Shown here in pieces: positions 28,665 through 37,504 of a stretch of 64,000 nt of DNA (position 1 is its first letter; every line of letters starts with the position of its first letter). Under the pieces are notes generated by a model. That model was not told the origin of the DNA and did not search any database. It was given only the letters and a program-made list of their open reading frames with translations. Origin of the DNA: Thermoanaerobaculia bacterium (GTDB lineage Bacteria > Acidobacteriota > Thermoanaerobaculia > Gp7-AA8); assembly GCA_036522835.1 (NCBI GenBank), contig DATDFB010000034.1, forward strand, positions 4,383 to 68,382, given 5' to 3'. The position numbers were made by a program, and so were the translations under genes.

Positions 28665-31046
28665 TTACTGTTTCGGGCCGATGGTCGGACCGTCGCCGAC
28701 GACAAAGTACCCCGCCGGCACACCGCTCGCCTGACACTGCGCCGCGGCGGCTGCCGCGGCGGCATTCACGGCGTTGACGTCCGCCGCGCTGTTGCTCTTC
28801 GGCACGACGACGGGAACGCAGCGGCGGGTCGTGTTCAGCGATGGATCCGTGGCCGTCACGACGATGAGATAGACGCGGCCGTCGCCGGTGGCGTTGCGCT
28901 CGGCGCGGAGGCGCAGCGACCCGGCGGCGTCGGGCGACTGATCGCCGTTGGCCGGCGTGACGTCGTCCTCCTTGCTGAAGACGCCCGCGAAGGCAACGCT
29001 CGCGGAGCCGCTGTTGTCCGTTGCGCTGAAGGTCAGGCCGACGTCGACGAGGTCGTGATTCGGCGGCCAGAGCAGGCCGGTCGTCACCGAGGCCGAAAGC
29101 GCCGGCGGCTCGGTGTCGCGCACCGTGATCGTCACCGTCGCCGCAGCGGAGTCGACCGTGCCGTCGTTCGCCTGGTACGTGAACGTGTCGGTGCCGGTGA
29201 AGTGCAGATTCGGCGTGTAGGTGAAGCCGCCGTTCGCGCTGCCCGACACCGTCCCGTGCGACGCCGGCGTGTAGTGCACGGCCGTCAGCGCGTCACCATC
29301 GACATCCGTGTCGTTCGCCAGCACTCCCGGCGCCGTGACCGTCAGCGTCGTGTCCTGATCCATTGCGTACGCGTCGGCGTTCGCCACCGGCGGATCGTTC
29401 ACATTCGTCACCGTGACATGCACCGTGGCCGAGGCCGTGCCGCCGTTTCCGTCGCCGATCGTGTAGGTGAAAGTGTCGCTGCCGAAGAAATTCGCGTTGG
29501 GCGTGTAGCTGACCGATGACGCCGTGAACGTGACCGAGCCGTGCGCTCCCTGAGTGACCGCCGTGACGGTGAGCGTGTCGCCGTCGACGTCGCTGTCGTT
29601 CGCCAGCACGTTCACCGCATTCGCGCCACTGTCCTCAGCGATGGTCGTCGAGTCGTCGACCGCACTCGGCGGATCTTCGACGTTCAGCACCGTTATGCTG
29701 ACCGTGGCCGTGTCGGTGCCGCTGTGGCCGTCGTCGATCGTGTAGGTAAAGGAGTCGGTGCCTTGGAAGTTCGGATTCGGCGTGTAGCTGACGGACGACG
29801 CGCTGAACGTCACCGATCCGTGCGCGCCCTGCGTCACGGCCGTGATCGTGAGCGTGTCGCCGTTCGCGTCCGTGTCATTTGCAAGGACGTTGATCGCGTT
29901 CGCGCCGCTGTCCTCCGTCACTGTCGCCATGTCGTCGACCGCGTCGGGCGGCGAGTTGCTGCATGCCACCTGCCCCTCGAACGCGCCGACGTCCGCACCG
30001 TCGCCGCCCGTCGCATTCGCGATCGTGGCGTCGTCGCACGGCCGGGTCATGCCGCGCTGGTCGGTCGTCTCGCCGCTGCTGTTGCCTTGGTCAATGGCGA
30101 TGCTTCCGGCGAGGAGCGCGTGCGTCGGCGTCGTGCCGCCGTTGTTCTGCAGCGGCCCGAGTGCGACAGAGGCGTCGCTGACGCCGAGCTGGTCGGCCGT
30201 CGCGGCGGCCATCGAGCCGGTGCCGAGCGCGCCGACGACGTTGTAGCCGTTGCTGGTGATCGTGCCGTCGACGTTCGGCGCCGACGTGCCGCTGTTGCCG
30301 GCCACGATGCTGTTGCGCAGCGTGATCGTGCCGCCGGCGTTCTTCACCGCGCCGCCGCTGTTCGCGGTGATGGTGCTGTTCTTGACGTTGACGGTGCTGC
30401 TGCCGTCGGCGAGCACGGCGCCGGCGGACGTCGTGGCGGTGTTGCCGCTGATCGTCGAGTTGACGATGTTCACGATCGCGCCGTTCGTCGCGTAGATCGC
30501 CGCGCCGCTCACCGCGTGCGAGCCGGAGATCGTGCAGTTGATGAGGTTCAGCGTGGCGTGGTTGACGAGGATGGCGCCGCCGCTGCCCGACACCGAGCCG
30601 TGGACGATGTTGAGGTTCTGCAATGTGACGACGACGCCCGCAGCGCCGGCGGGGTTGATGTGGAAGATGCGGTCGAGCGACGCGGCGTCGATGGTCATGC
30701 CGGTGTCGGGGCCGACGATGGTCAGCGACTGGGTGATGTCCATGTCGCCGGTGAGCACGCCGTCCTCGCCGGCGCCCGGGAGCTCGAAGGTGATGGTGTT
30801 GAAGTAGGTGAGGAAGCTGATGGAGTCGGCGCCGCTGCCGGCGGCGCACTGCGGATATGGTGCACTGTCGGCGTTGGCGTTGCCGATGGCTTTGCGCAGC
30901 GTGCAGTGGTTGACGTCGGGGCGTTCGGGCGGCCCGAGGAGCGTGTCCTGCGGACCTTCGACTTGGAGATCGGTGGCGAAGAGTGCGGGAGCGATGACCA
31001 GGAACAGGGCAATGGCAAGACCCGATAGAGAGCGGTTCGGGCGCAT
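28665..31046 (-). CDS. large secreted right-handed beta-helix protein with tandem ~95-aa Ig/cadherin-like (VCBS-type) repeats; adhesin-like
   Basis: Signal peptide; Asn/Ser/Thr/Gly-rich beta-helix repeats (..NSTISGNTATTSAGAV..NSTITANSGG..). Then three or more near-identical repeats (DDxATVTEDSGANAxNVLANDTDxxGDTLTxTAVTQGAHGSVTF..SYTPNxNFxGTDxFTYTIxDG). Confidence 0.75.
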   Translation of the reverse strand: MRPNRSLSGLAIALFLVIAPALFATDLQVEGPQDTLLGPPERPDVNHCTLRKAIGNANADSAPYPQCAAGSGADSISFLTYFNTITFELPGAGEDGVLTGDMDITQSLTIVGPDTGMTIDAASLDRIFHINPAGAAGVVVTLQNLNIVHGSVSGSGGAILVNHATLNLINCTISGSHAVSGAAIYATNGAIVNIVNSTISGNTATTSAGAVLADGSSTVNVKNSTITANSGGAVKNAGGTITLRNSIVAGNSGTSAPNVDGTITSNGYNVVGALGTGSMAAATADQLGVSDASVALGPLQNNGGTTPTHALLAGSIAIDQGNSSGETTDQRGMTRPCDDATIANATGGDGADVGAFEGQVACSNSPPDAVDDMATVTEDSGANAINVLANDTDANGDTLTITAVTQGAHGSVTFSASSVSYTPNPNFQGTDSFTYTIDDGHSGTDTATVSITVLNVEDPPSAVDDSTTIAEDSGANAVNVLANDSDVDGDTLTVTAVTQGAHGSVTFTASSVSYTPNANFFGSDTFTYTIGDGNGGTASATVHVTVTNVNDPPVANADAYAMDQDTTLTVTAPGVLANDTDVDGDALTAVHYTPASHGTVSGSANGGFTYTPNLHFTGTDTFTYQANDGTVDSAAATVTITVRDTEPPALSASVTTGLLWPPNHDLVDVGLTFSATDNSGSASVAFAGVFSKEDDVTPANGDQSPDAAGSLRLRAERNATGDGRVYLIVVTATDPSLNTTRRCVPVVVPKSNSAADVNAVNAAAAAAAAQCQASGVPAGYFVVGDGPTIGPKQ

Positions 31047-31073
31047 GACGATCCTCCTCCGAGGCCGCCAACG

Positions 31074-31358
31074 TTATGTTCGGTTGCGCAGAGCTTCTGT
31101 GACCTGCCGCACGATTTCGCCCGCATCCGCGCCCAAAGCCTCGGCGATCTGCACGAGCTCGATGACGTCGAGCCTGCGCGTGCCGTTCTCGATCTTGGAG
31201 AGGTACGACGCGGGCATGCCGAGGCGCGCGGCGAGATCGGACTGCTTGACGCCGGCGCGCTCGCGAACGTGCGTCAGGACATCGCCGAGGATGCGCAGCT
31301 CCGCGGCGAGCTTGGTCTTTGTCGAGACGCGGTCGCTGCCGCCGTGGCGCGCGGGCAT
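31074..31358 (-). CDS. XRE-family helix-turn-helix transcriptional regulator
   Basis: ..LGDVLTHVRERAGVKQSDLAARLGMPASYLSKIENGTRRLDVIELVQIAEALGA.. canonical HTH_XRE. Start at MPARHGG chosen within ORF 31074..31688. Confidence 0.7.
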   Translation of the reverse strand: MPARHGGSDRVSTKTKLAAELRILGDVLTHVRERAGVKQSDLAARLGMPASYLSKIENGTRRLDVIELVQIAEALGADAGEIVRQVTEALRNRT

Positions 31359-31382
31359 GCGCGTTAGTATGATGCGCGACCC

Positions 31383-31769
31383 ATGCGCTTCGACATTCTT
31401 TCGCGCAGTGAGAGTGGCTTGACGTACGTCCGCGAGCGGCGGAGCGGCATCGTCCGCACGCTGACCGAGGAGGAGCTGCACGACTTCGAAGACCCGAAGC
31501 CGTGCGAGGAGTGCGGCGAGCAGTTTGGCTGCGACCACTACAACTGCGCCGGCGAGCGGCTGCTCGAGGACGGCGAGATTGACGAGGCGGTGCCGGCGGA
31601 GTGGCGCGCGCTGGCGCGCGGCGAGGGGCTGAGCCGCAACGACATAGCGCGGCTGCTGACGATCCGGCGCACGCCGGAGGGGACGCACCAGGTGGCGGCG
31701 GACGCGGCATCGGACATGCGCACGATGGAACTGGCGCTGCTGCTGGACGAGACGCTGCTGGCGCCGTGA
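31383..31769 (+). CDS. hypothetical protein with Cys-rich zinc-ribbon-like motif; divergent from the XRE gene
   Basis: ..KPCEECGEQFGCDHYNCAGE.. First gene of a contiguous plus-strand gene string 31383-34942. Confidence 0.45.
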   Translation: MRFDILSRSESGLTYVRERRSGIVRTLTEEELHDFEDPKPCEECGEQFGCDHYNCAGERLLEDGEIDEAVPAEWRALARGEGLSRNDIARLLTIRRTPEGTHQVAADAASDMRTMELALLLDETLLAP

Positions 31770-31878
31770 CGCTGGCGCATCGCATCGATGGCCCTCCGCT
31801 GCTGCTCAACGGCGGCTTGATGTCGATGGCGGCGTGGCAGCCGTACGCGGAAGCGCCGATCGCGTTGTTGACCGAGGT

Positions 31879-32196
31879 ATGATTTCTGCCATGACCACGA
31901 CGATCGATGCTAGCGGAACGATCACCATTCCCCAGGAGCTGGTCGAAGAGGCGGGGCTGAAGCCGGGGACGGCGCTGGAGATCACCGTTCGCGACGGCCA
32001 TATCGAGATCGAGCCGATGTGGCGGAAGGTGCGATTCGAAAAGCATGGACACGTGATGGTCGCCGTTCCTGTCGAGCCTGTTGAGGAGAAACTGACGAAC
32101 GAGCAGGTGAACGAGATGATCGAGCAGATCCGGGACGAGAGAATGAACGAGATGATTGGCGAGGTCCCGCGAGAGAGCTTTGATCGTCGCCGTTGA
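31879..32196 (+). CDS. AbrB/MazE/SpoVT-family antitoxin (VapB-like)
   Basis: MISAMTTTIDASGTITIPQELVEEAGLKPGTALEI looped-hinge-helix signature. Overlaps the PIN gene. Confidence 0.6.
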   Translation: MISAMTTTIDASGTITIPQELVEEAGLKPGTALEITVRDGHIEIEPMWRKVRFEKHGHVMVAVPVEPVEEKLTNEQVNEMIEQIRDERMNEMIGEVPRESFDRRR

Positions 32197-32596
32197 TACG
32201 AACGTCATCATTGCCGCGGTCGCGCAGTGGCATGAGCAGCACGTTGCCGCACGGCGCTCCATGGATCAGCTTCGGGCGCAGCACTCGCTCGTCGTTCCGC
32301 ACCACGCGCTCATGGAGGCGTATTCGGTTCTAACGAGAGTGCCCGCGGGGATACGGCTCGCGCCCCGCGATGCCCTGCACGTCATCAGACACTTGTTAGA
32401 AGATCTCCCTGTTATCGGCCTCTCTCCGGGCGATATTTGGCCGTTCATCCGAGAGCTCGCCAATCGCGGCATCTTCGGCGGCCGAATCTACGACGCCGCG
32501 ATTGCTCGTGCGGCGCGTGACGCCGGCGCCGAGGCGATCCTGACGTTCAACGTCCGGCATTTCGACGGCGAGGGCCTGCAGGTCCTCACCCCATGA
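32156..32596 (+). CDS. vapC: PIN-domain toxin (VapC family)
   Basis: ..ALIVAVDTNVIIAAV.. acidic PIN motif. C-terminal ..ILTFNVRHF.. Stop overlaps the start of the next gene (ATGA). Confidence 0.75.
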   Translation: MARSRERALIVAVDTNVIIAAVAQWHEQHVAARRSMDQLRAQHSLVVPHHALMEAYSVLTRVPAGIRLAPRDALHVIRHLLEDLPVIGLSPGDIWPFIRELANRGIFGGRIYDAAIARAARDAGAEAILTFNVRHFDGEGLQVLTP

Positions 32597-34215
32597 TCCC
32601 CCGCCTCCAGCGCTTCTTCGCCCAGCTCATCAGCGAAACCTCCGGCCTCGCGCTGGAGGACACGCTCGTCCTGGCGCGGCAGTCGCCGCAGCTCTCCGAC
32701 GAGCCGGACCTCGGCGCGTGCATCGCGGAGTTCCACGACCTCCTGGGCAAGTTCCGGCTGCAGCAAACACCGATCGAGACGCTGCTTGCGCATCCGGTGT
32801 CGAACGCGCTCGAGGCCTTCTTCCGCGCCTTTCCGATTCCGTTTCACGACGAGCACATTCATCTCACCGGCTCGCTCGACGCGGAGTTCGTCTATCCGCG
32901 TCTCGCGGCGCTGCTCGCGGGGCCGCACCGCGCGTTATATGAGAAGAAAATCCGCGACGTCTACGGCGACGAAGCATTGCCGATCAGAGATGCAGCAGAC
33001 GTCGACCGCCTCATTCGTCTCAAGGAAGGGGAGCGCTTCGACCGCTACCTGCGCATCCTCTACCTCCCGAAGCTCATCCTCACCTCGCGCCAGGCGCACC
33101 GCGACGCGGCCAGGCACATGGCCACGCGCCTCCTGCGCGACGGCAACGTCGGCTCGATCCGGCTCAAGTTCACCCTCTTCCGCGAGACCACCGACCCGGC
33201 CGAGCAGATCCCCGGCATCTCCGAGGTCACGCCGGACGACGTCATCCTCGGGCTGACCGAGGGCTTTCGCGACGTACAGGGCTTCCGCTTCATCCTCTCG
33301 CCGGGCTTCCGCAAGGAGCCGGGCTTCTACGACGCGACGCGCTATCCGTCGAAGCGCGCCAGCTTCGACGATCAGGTCGGGCAGATCATCGACCTCTTGA
33401 AGCGCCATCCCGAGCTGTGCGACGTCGTCACCGAGGTCGACACCGTGGGCAACGAGCGCGGGTTCTATCGCAAAGTGCACTTCCAGGAGATGCGCGTCGG
33501 CATCCGCAAGCTGCAGGCGTACGGTTTCCGCACGCGCAGCCATCACGGCGAGACGTGGGACACGCTGCGCCAAGGCGTGCAGGCCGTCGACAACGCCATG
33601 AACATCTGGCACGTCGACGCCGTCGAGCACGGCCTCAGCATGGGCATCAACCCGAACTTCTACTTCCACAGCCTCCTGCAGCGCGTCCTCGGTGCGAACC
33701 GCCGCGGCGAGCCGGTCGAGCCGGGCTCGCGCGAGCATGCCGAGCTCCTCGACATGGACTGGAGCGACCGCGAGGAGATCCGCGACAAGCTCCTCTCCGG
33801 CGCACCGCTCTCGCGCGGCGAGGCCACGCTGGCCACGAAGACGAAGTTCCATCACGCGCGCGAGGTCGAGCACTACCAGCACGACGTCTTGAACCGCATG
33901 ATCGACAAGCGCCTCACCCTCGTGTCGCTGCCGTCGTCGAACAAGAAGCTCACCGGCGCGCTGGCCGACTACGCCGACCATCCGTTCTCCTGGTGGGAGA
34001 AAAAGGGTCTCCGCCTGGGCGTCGGCACGGACAACGACGTCACGCTCTCCACGTCGTTCGTGCGCGAGATGCTCATCCTCCTCTACACTGATCCGACGGA
34101 GCTCAAGATCACGAAGCTGCTCATCGTCACCACCGGCGAGTCGCGCCGCGCGCACCTCAGCCATCTCTTGTGGCAGATGCGGAAGAGCCATGACGAACAT
34201 CCTGATCGTCGATGA
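32593..34215 (+). CDS. adenosine/AMP-deaminase-family metal-dependent hydrolase (540 aa, N-terminal extension)
   Basis: Family metal-ligand motifs in order: ..DEHIHLTGSLD.. (HxH), ..SHHGE.. (H-x-G-E), ..HVDAVEHGL.., ..GVGTDNDV.. (the xTDDP-like motif). Confidence 0.65.
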   Translation: MIPRLQRFFAQLISETSGLALEDTLVLARQSPQLSDEPDLGACIAEFHDLLGKFRLQQTPIETLLAHPVSNALEAFFRAFPIPFHDEHIHLTGSLDAEFVYPRLAALLAGPHRALYEKKIRDVYGDEALPIRDAADVDRLIRLKEGERFDRYLRILYLPKLILTSRQAHRDAARHMATRLLRDGNVGSIRLKFTLFRETTDPAEQIPGISEVTPDDVILGLTEGFRDVQGFRFILSPGFRKEPGFYDATRYPSKRASFDDQVGQIIDLLKRHPELCDVVTEVDTVGNERGFYRKVHFQEMRVGIRKLQAYGFRTRSHHGETWDTLRQGVQAVDNAMNIWHVDAVEHGLSMGINPNFYFHSLLQRVLGANRRGEPVEPGSREHAELLDMDWSDREEIRDKLLSGAPLSRGEATLATKTKFHHAREVEHYQHDVLNRMIDKRLTLVSLPSSNKKLTGALADYADHPFSWWEKKGLRLGVGTDNDVTLSTSFVREMLILLYTDPTELKITKLLIVTTGESRRAHLSHLLWQMRKSHDEHPDRR

Positions 34216-36001
34216 CAACCCGACCTTCCGCGCGCAGGCCGCGCGGATTTGCGAGGCCGAGGGCTTCAGCACGCTCTCGGCGGGATCGCTGTCCGAGCTC
34301 GCGGCGCTGCTCCCGACGGCGTCGCCCGACCTCGTCCTCGTCGACATCGAGCTGCCGGAGATCCCCGGCCATCGCCTCGGCGCGCTGATTCGCTCGCGCC
34401 ACAAAGTGCCGATCGTGCTCGTGTCGGCACTCAAGGAAGAGAGCGTGCGGCGGTTGTTCGACGTGTCGGACGCCGACGGCTGGATCTGCAAGCCGCTGAC
34501 GCGGGAGAAGCTCCTCGGCGCCGTGACGCGGTTCGTGTTGAAGGAGACGCCGCACGGCGCCGCGGCGGTGCCGCAGACGACGACCGGGACAGGCAAGCGT
34601 GTGCTCCTCGTCGAAGACGATCCCGTCATCGCCGCGCGCATCGAGTTCGCCCTCGGCAAGGACTGCGCGGTGACGGTCGTCGAGGACGGCGAGGCGGCGA
34701 TCCGCCACCTTTTGTCGGAGAGCTACGACTGCGTGCTCCTCGACCTCACGCTCGCGCACCTCAGCGGCTTCGACGTGCTGCGGCACATGATCGTGCGCCA
34801 GCCGCACTACCTGAAGTCGACGATCATCATGACCGCGGCGACCGACGAGTCGCTGCAATTCATCGACCGCAAGACCGTCGCCGCGGTGATGCGCAAGCCG
34901 TTCGACCTCGGCGACCTTCACGGCGTGGTCATGGCGACGTGATGTGGAGTGCGGCGGCTCGCCATTGTTTTCCTCTTCGTCGAGAAAGTTTGACACCCCC
35001 AACCCCGCCAGGCGGTAGCGCGCGCTTTCCCCGAACGCAAACTTCCCCAGCAGCTCCGTCCCGACCCGCGCGAGCTCCTCGGCGCTCGCCGGCGGGGCCT
35101 CCAGCGTCGTGCGGCGCGTGGCGGTCTTGAAGTCGCCGGTGCGCAGCTTCACCGTGATCGTGCGGCCGAGGAGCTTGCGCTCCGTGAGCGCGGCGAAGAG
35201 CGACTCCGCTTCGTTGCGGATATAGGCAGCGACTTCATCGAGAGTGATGTCGGTGCGGAACGTGTTCTCGCTCGAGTACGACTTCCGCTCGCGGTTCGGC
35301 TCGACCGGGCTCTCGTCGATGCCGCGCGCCAGCTCCCAGAGGCGCGTGCCCCACTTGCCGAAGCGCTCCACGAGCTGCTCCTGCGTGAAGCGTTGGAGGT
35401 CGCCGACCGTGGCCACGCCCATCTCCGTCATCACCGCCTCGGTGGCCTTGCCGACGCCGGGGATCTTCCGCACCGGCAGCCCCACGAGGAAGCGCTCGAC
35501 CTGGTGCGGGCGGATCACGAACAACCCATCCGGCTTTTTCCAGTCCGAGGCGATCTTGGCGAGGAACTTGTTCGGCGCCACGCCGGCCGACGCCGTCAAC
35601 TGCGTCTCCGCGCGAATCTCCGCGCGGATTTTCTCCGCCGTCTCCGTCGCCGTCGGAATCCCCGTCAGCTCCTGCGTGACATCCAGATAGGCCTCGTCGA
35701 GCGAGAGCGGCTCGACCAGCGGCGTGTGGCGCTCGAAGATCTCGCGGATCTGCCGCGACACGGCGCGGTACTTGTCGAAGTCGGGGTGGATGAACTCCGC
35801 CGCCGGGCAGAGCCGCCGCGCGCGGCTTGCCGGCATGGCCGAGTGCACGCCGAACTTGCGGGCCTCGTACGACGCGGCACAGACCACGCTGCGCTCGCCC
35901 GGCCAGCCGACGATCACCGGTAGCCCACGCAGCTCGGGGCGGTCGCGCTGCTCGACGGATGCGTAGAATGCATCCATATCGATATGGATGATCTTTCTCA
36001 C
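34157..36001 (-). CDS. dinB: DNA polymerase IV (Y-family); the ORF lacks a stop at the expected position and the 3' coordinate is unreliable
   Basis: MRKIIHIDMDAFYASVEQRDRPELRGLPVIV.. classic DinB. The conserved region ends at ~34950 (..LGVSNFLDEE), but the frame stays open for 265 more codons antisense through the REC-REC gene. The half family-A repeat at 34945-34958 sits exactly at this junction. Confidence 0.7.
   Translation of the reverse strand: MRKIIHIDMDAFYASVEQRDRPELRGLPVIVGWPGERSVVCAASYEARKFGVHSAMPASRARRLCPAAEFIHPDFDKYRAVSRQIREIFERHTPLVEPLSLDEAYLDVTQELTGIPTATETAEKIRAEIRAETQLTASAGVAPNKFLAKIASDWKKPDGLFVIRPHQVERFLVGLPVRKIPGVGKATEAVMTEMGVATVGDLQRFTQEQLVERFGKWGTRLWELARGIDESPVEPNRERKSYSSENTFRTDITLDEVAAYIRNEAESLFAALTERKLLGRTITVKLRTGDFKTATRRTTLEAPPASAEELARVGTELLGKFAFGESARYRLAGLGVSNFLDEEENNGEPPHSTSRRHDHAVKVAEVERLAHHRGDGLAVDELQRLVGRRGHDDRRLQVVRLAHDHVPQHVEAAEVREREVEEHAVVALRQKVADRRLAVLDDRHRAVLAEGELDARGDDGIVFDEEHTLACPGRRLRHRRGAVRRLLQHEPRHGAEELLPRQRLADPAVGVRHVEQPPHALFLECRHEHDRHFVARANQRAEAMAGDLRQLDVDEDEVGRRRREQRRELGQRSRRERAEALGLANPRGLRAEGRVVIDDQDVRHGSSASATRDG
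34190..34942 (+). CDS. tandem receiver-domain (REC-REC) response regulator, no output domain
   Basis: Two CheY-like modules: ILIVDDNP..LVLVDIELP..K, and VLLVEDDPV..CVLLDLTLAHLSG..MRKPFD. Overlaps the upstream gene by 26 bp. Confidence 0.75.
   Translation: MTNILIVDDNPTFRAQAARICEAEGFSTLSAGSLSELAALLPTASPDLVLVDIELPEIPGHRLGALIRSRHKVPIVLVSALKEESVRRLFDVSDADGWICKPLTREKLLGAVTRFVLKETPHGAAAVPQTTTGTGKRVLLVEDDPVIAARIEFALGKDCAVTVVEDGEAAIRHLLSESYDCVLLDLTLAHLSGFDVLRHMIVRQPHYLKSTIIMTAATDESLQFIDRKTVAAVMRKPFDLGDLHGVVMAT
34945..34958. repeat. family-A palindromic element, one-arm remnant
   Basis: TGGAGTGCGGCGGC, then divergence. Lies at the dinB / REC-REC gene convergence point. Confidence 0.6.
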
Positions 36002-37093
36002 GGCTTAACCACGCCCGCCTTCCTCGTCGACCCCGTCATTGTCGAACGAAACTGCGCACGCATGCGCCGCAAAGCGCAGCAGGCGGGAACGGCGTTCCGT
36101 CCGCACGTGAAGACGCACAAGACGGTGGAGGTCGCGCGCAAGCAGCACGGCGGCGGATGGGGAGCGATCACGGTGTCGACGCTCGCCGAAGCGGAGCTCT
36201 TTGCCAAGCACGGCTTCCGCGACATCACCTACGCCGTGCCGGTCGCGCCGGACAAGCTGCCGCGCGTGGCCGCGCTGGCGCAGCAGATCGACCGGCTGAA
36301 CGTGCTGGTCGACAGCGAGGCGGCGCTGCGCGCGCTCGAGGAGTTCCACCGCCTGCACGGCACGCGCTTCCACGTCTTTCTGAAAGTCGATTGCGGCTAC
36401 CACCGTGCCGGCGTCGATCCGGCCGATCCCGACAGCGTGCGCCTGGCGATCGCCATCGCCGAGTCGCCCGCGGTGACGTTTCAGGGCCTCCTGACGCACG
36501 CCGGACATTCGTACCACGCCCGCGACGTGGAGGAGATCCGGCGTATCGCCGCCGAGGAGGCCACGTGCCTGACACGGTTCCGCGCTCTACTCGGCGAAGA
36601 GTTCGACGAGGTCGTGCGCAGCATCGGCTCGACGCCCACGCTCTCCGTCATCGACGACTTTTCCGGCGCCGACGAAGTCCGCCCCGGCAACTACGTGTTC
36701 TACGACGCGTTCCAGGCAACCATCGGAGCGTGCGCGCCGGAAGACGTGGCGGTGTCGGTGCTGGCGACGGTCGTCGGCTCGTATCCGGAGCGCCAAAACG
36801 CGATCGTCGACGCCGGCGCGCTCGCGCTGTCGAAGGACCTTGGACCCGATCACCTCGACCCGCACTTCGGCTACGGCGTCGTCTGCGACGTCAACCTGCG
36901 CCCGCTCCCGGCCAGACTCGTGGCGCTGTCACAGGAGCACGGGAAGATCGAGACGAGCGCGCACCTGCCGGTCGGGACGCGCCTGCGCATCGTGCCGAAC
37001 CACTCCTGCCTCACCGCGGCGATGTACGACGTCTACCACGCCGTCGAGGGGGGGCGGGTGGTGGGCGAGTGGCGGCCGGTGCGGGGGTGGTAG
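35984..37093 (+). CDS. alanine-racemase-N-domain PLP enzyme (D-serine deaminase / D-threo-aldolase-like, DSD1 family)
   Basis: ..TPAFLVDPVIVERNCARM..; ..RPHVKTHK.. PLP-lysine motif; C-terminal ..GEWRPVRGW. Its start overlaps the divergent dinB start by 18 bp. Confidence 0.7.
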   Translation: MDDLSHGLTTPAFLVDPVIVERNCARMRRKAQQAGTAFRPHVKTHKTVEVARKQHGGGWGAITVSTLAEAELFAKHGFRDITYAVPVAPDKLPRVAALAQQIDRLNVLVDSEAALRALEEFHRLHGTRFHVFLKVDCGYHRAGVDPADPDSVRLAIAIAESPAVTFQGLLTHAGHSYHARDVEEIRRIAAEEATCLTRFRALLGEEFDEVVRSIGSTPTLSVIDDFSGADEVRPGNYVFYDAFQATIGACAPEDVAVSVLATVVGSYPERQNAIVDAGALALSKDLGPDHLDPHFGYGVVCDVNLRPLPARLVALSQEHGKIETSAHLPVGTRLRIVPNHSCLTAAMYDVYHAVEGGRVVGEWRPVRGW

Positions 37094-37122
37094 CAGGCGC
37101 ACAAGTTGCTCTTTCCGTCCCC

Positions 37123-37434
37123 ATGGCAAGACCAAAGGAACCGCAGAGCTACGGCAGCGGAGGCGACTGGCAGAGCGGCAACGTCGACGAGGAAGTGAAC
37201 CGGCAGAAGGGCCGGCCGAGCTCGCCGCACGGCGCCTTTTACGAGTCGCGCCGCGACTCCGAGCAGACGCACGAGCACCAGGGCGGCAAGGTCTCGCCGG
37301 CGCAGATCGAGGAGAACGCGCCGCCCGGCGGGCCATCCGACGCCGTCGGCGACGCGCCGCCCCGCAACGTCAGCACGCAGGCGGGCGGCGCGAAGCGCCT
37401 GAGCTACTTCCGCGACCGCGATTACAAGCCGTAG
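37123..37434 (+). CDS. small hydrophilic disordered protein (stress-protein-like)
   Basis: MARPKEPQSYGSGGDWQSGNVDEEVNRQKGRPSSPHGAFYESRRDSEQ.. No clear RBS. Confidence 0.3.
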   Translation: MARPKEPQSYGSGGDWQSGNVDEEVNRQKGRPSSPHGAFYESRRDSEQTHEHQGGKVSPAQIEENAPPGGPSDAVGDAPPRNVSTQAGGAKRLSYFRDRDYKP

Positions 37435-37504
37435 CTCGGGAAACGCGTTACAGGGAGCGCAGGGTCTTTTGTTGCAGTGAATTACGCCGCGCGGCGGCGG
37501 CGTA

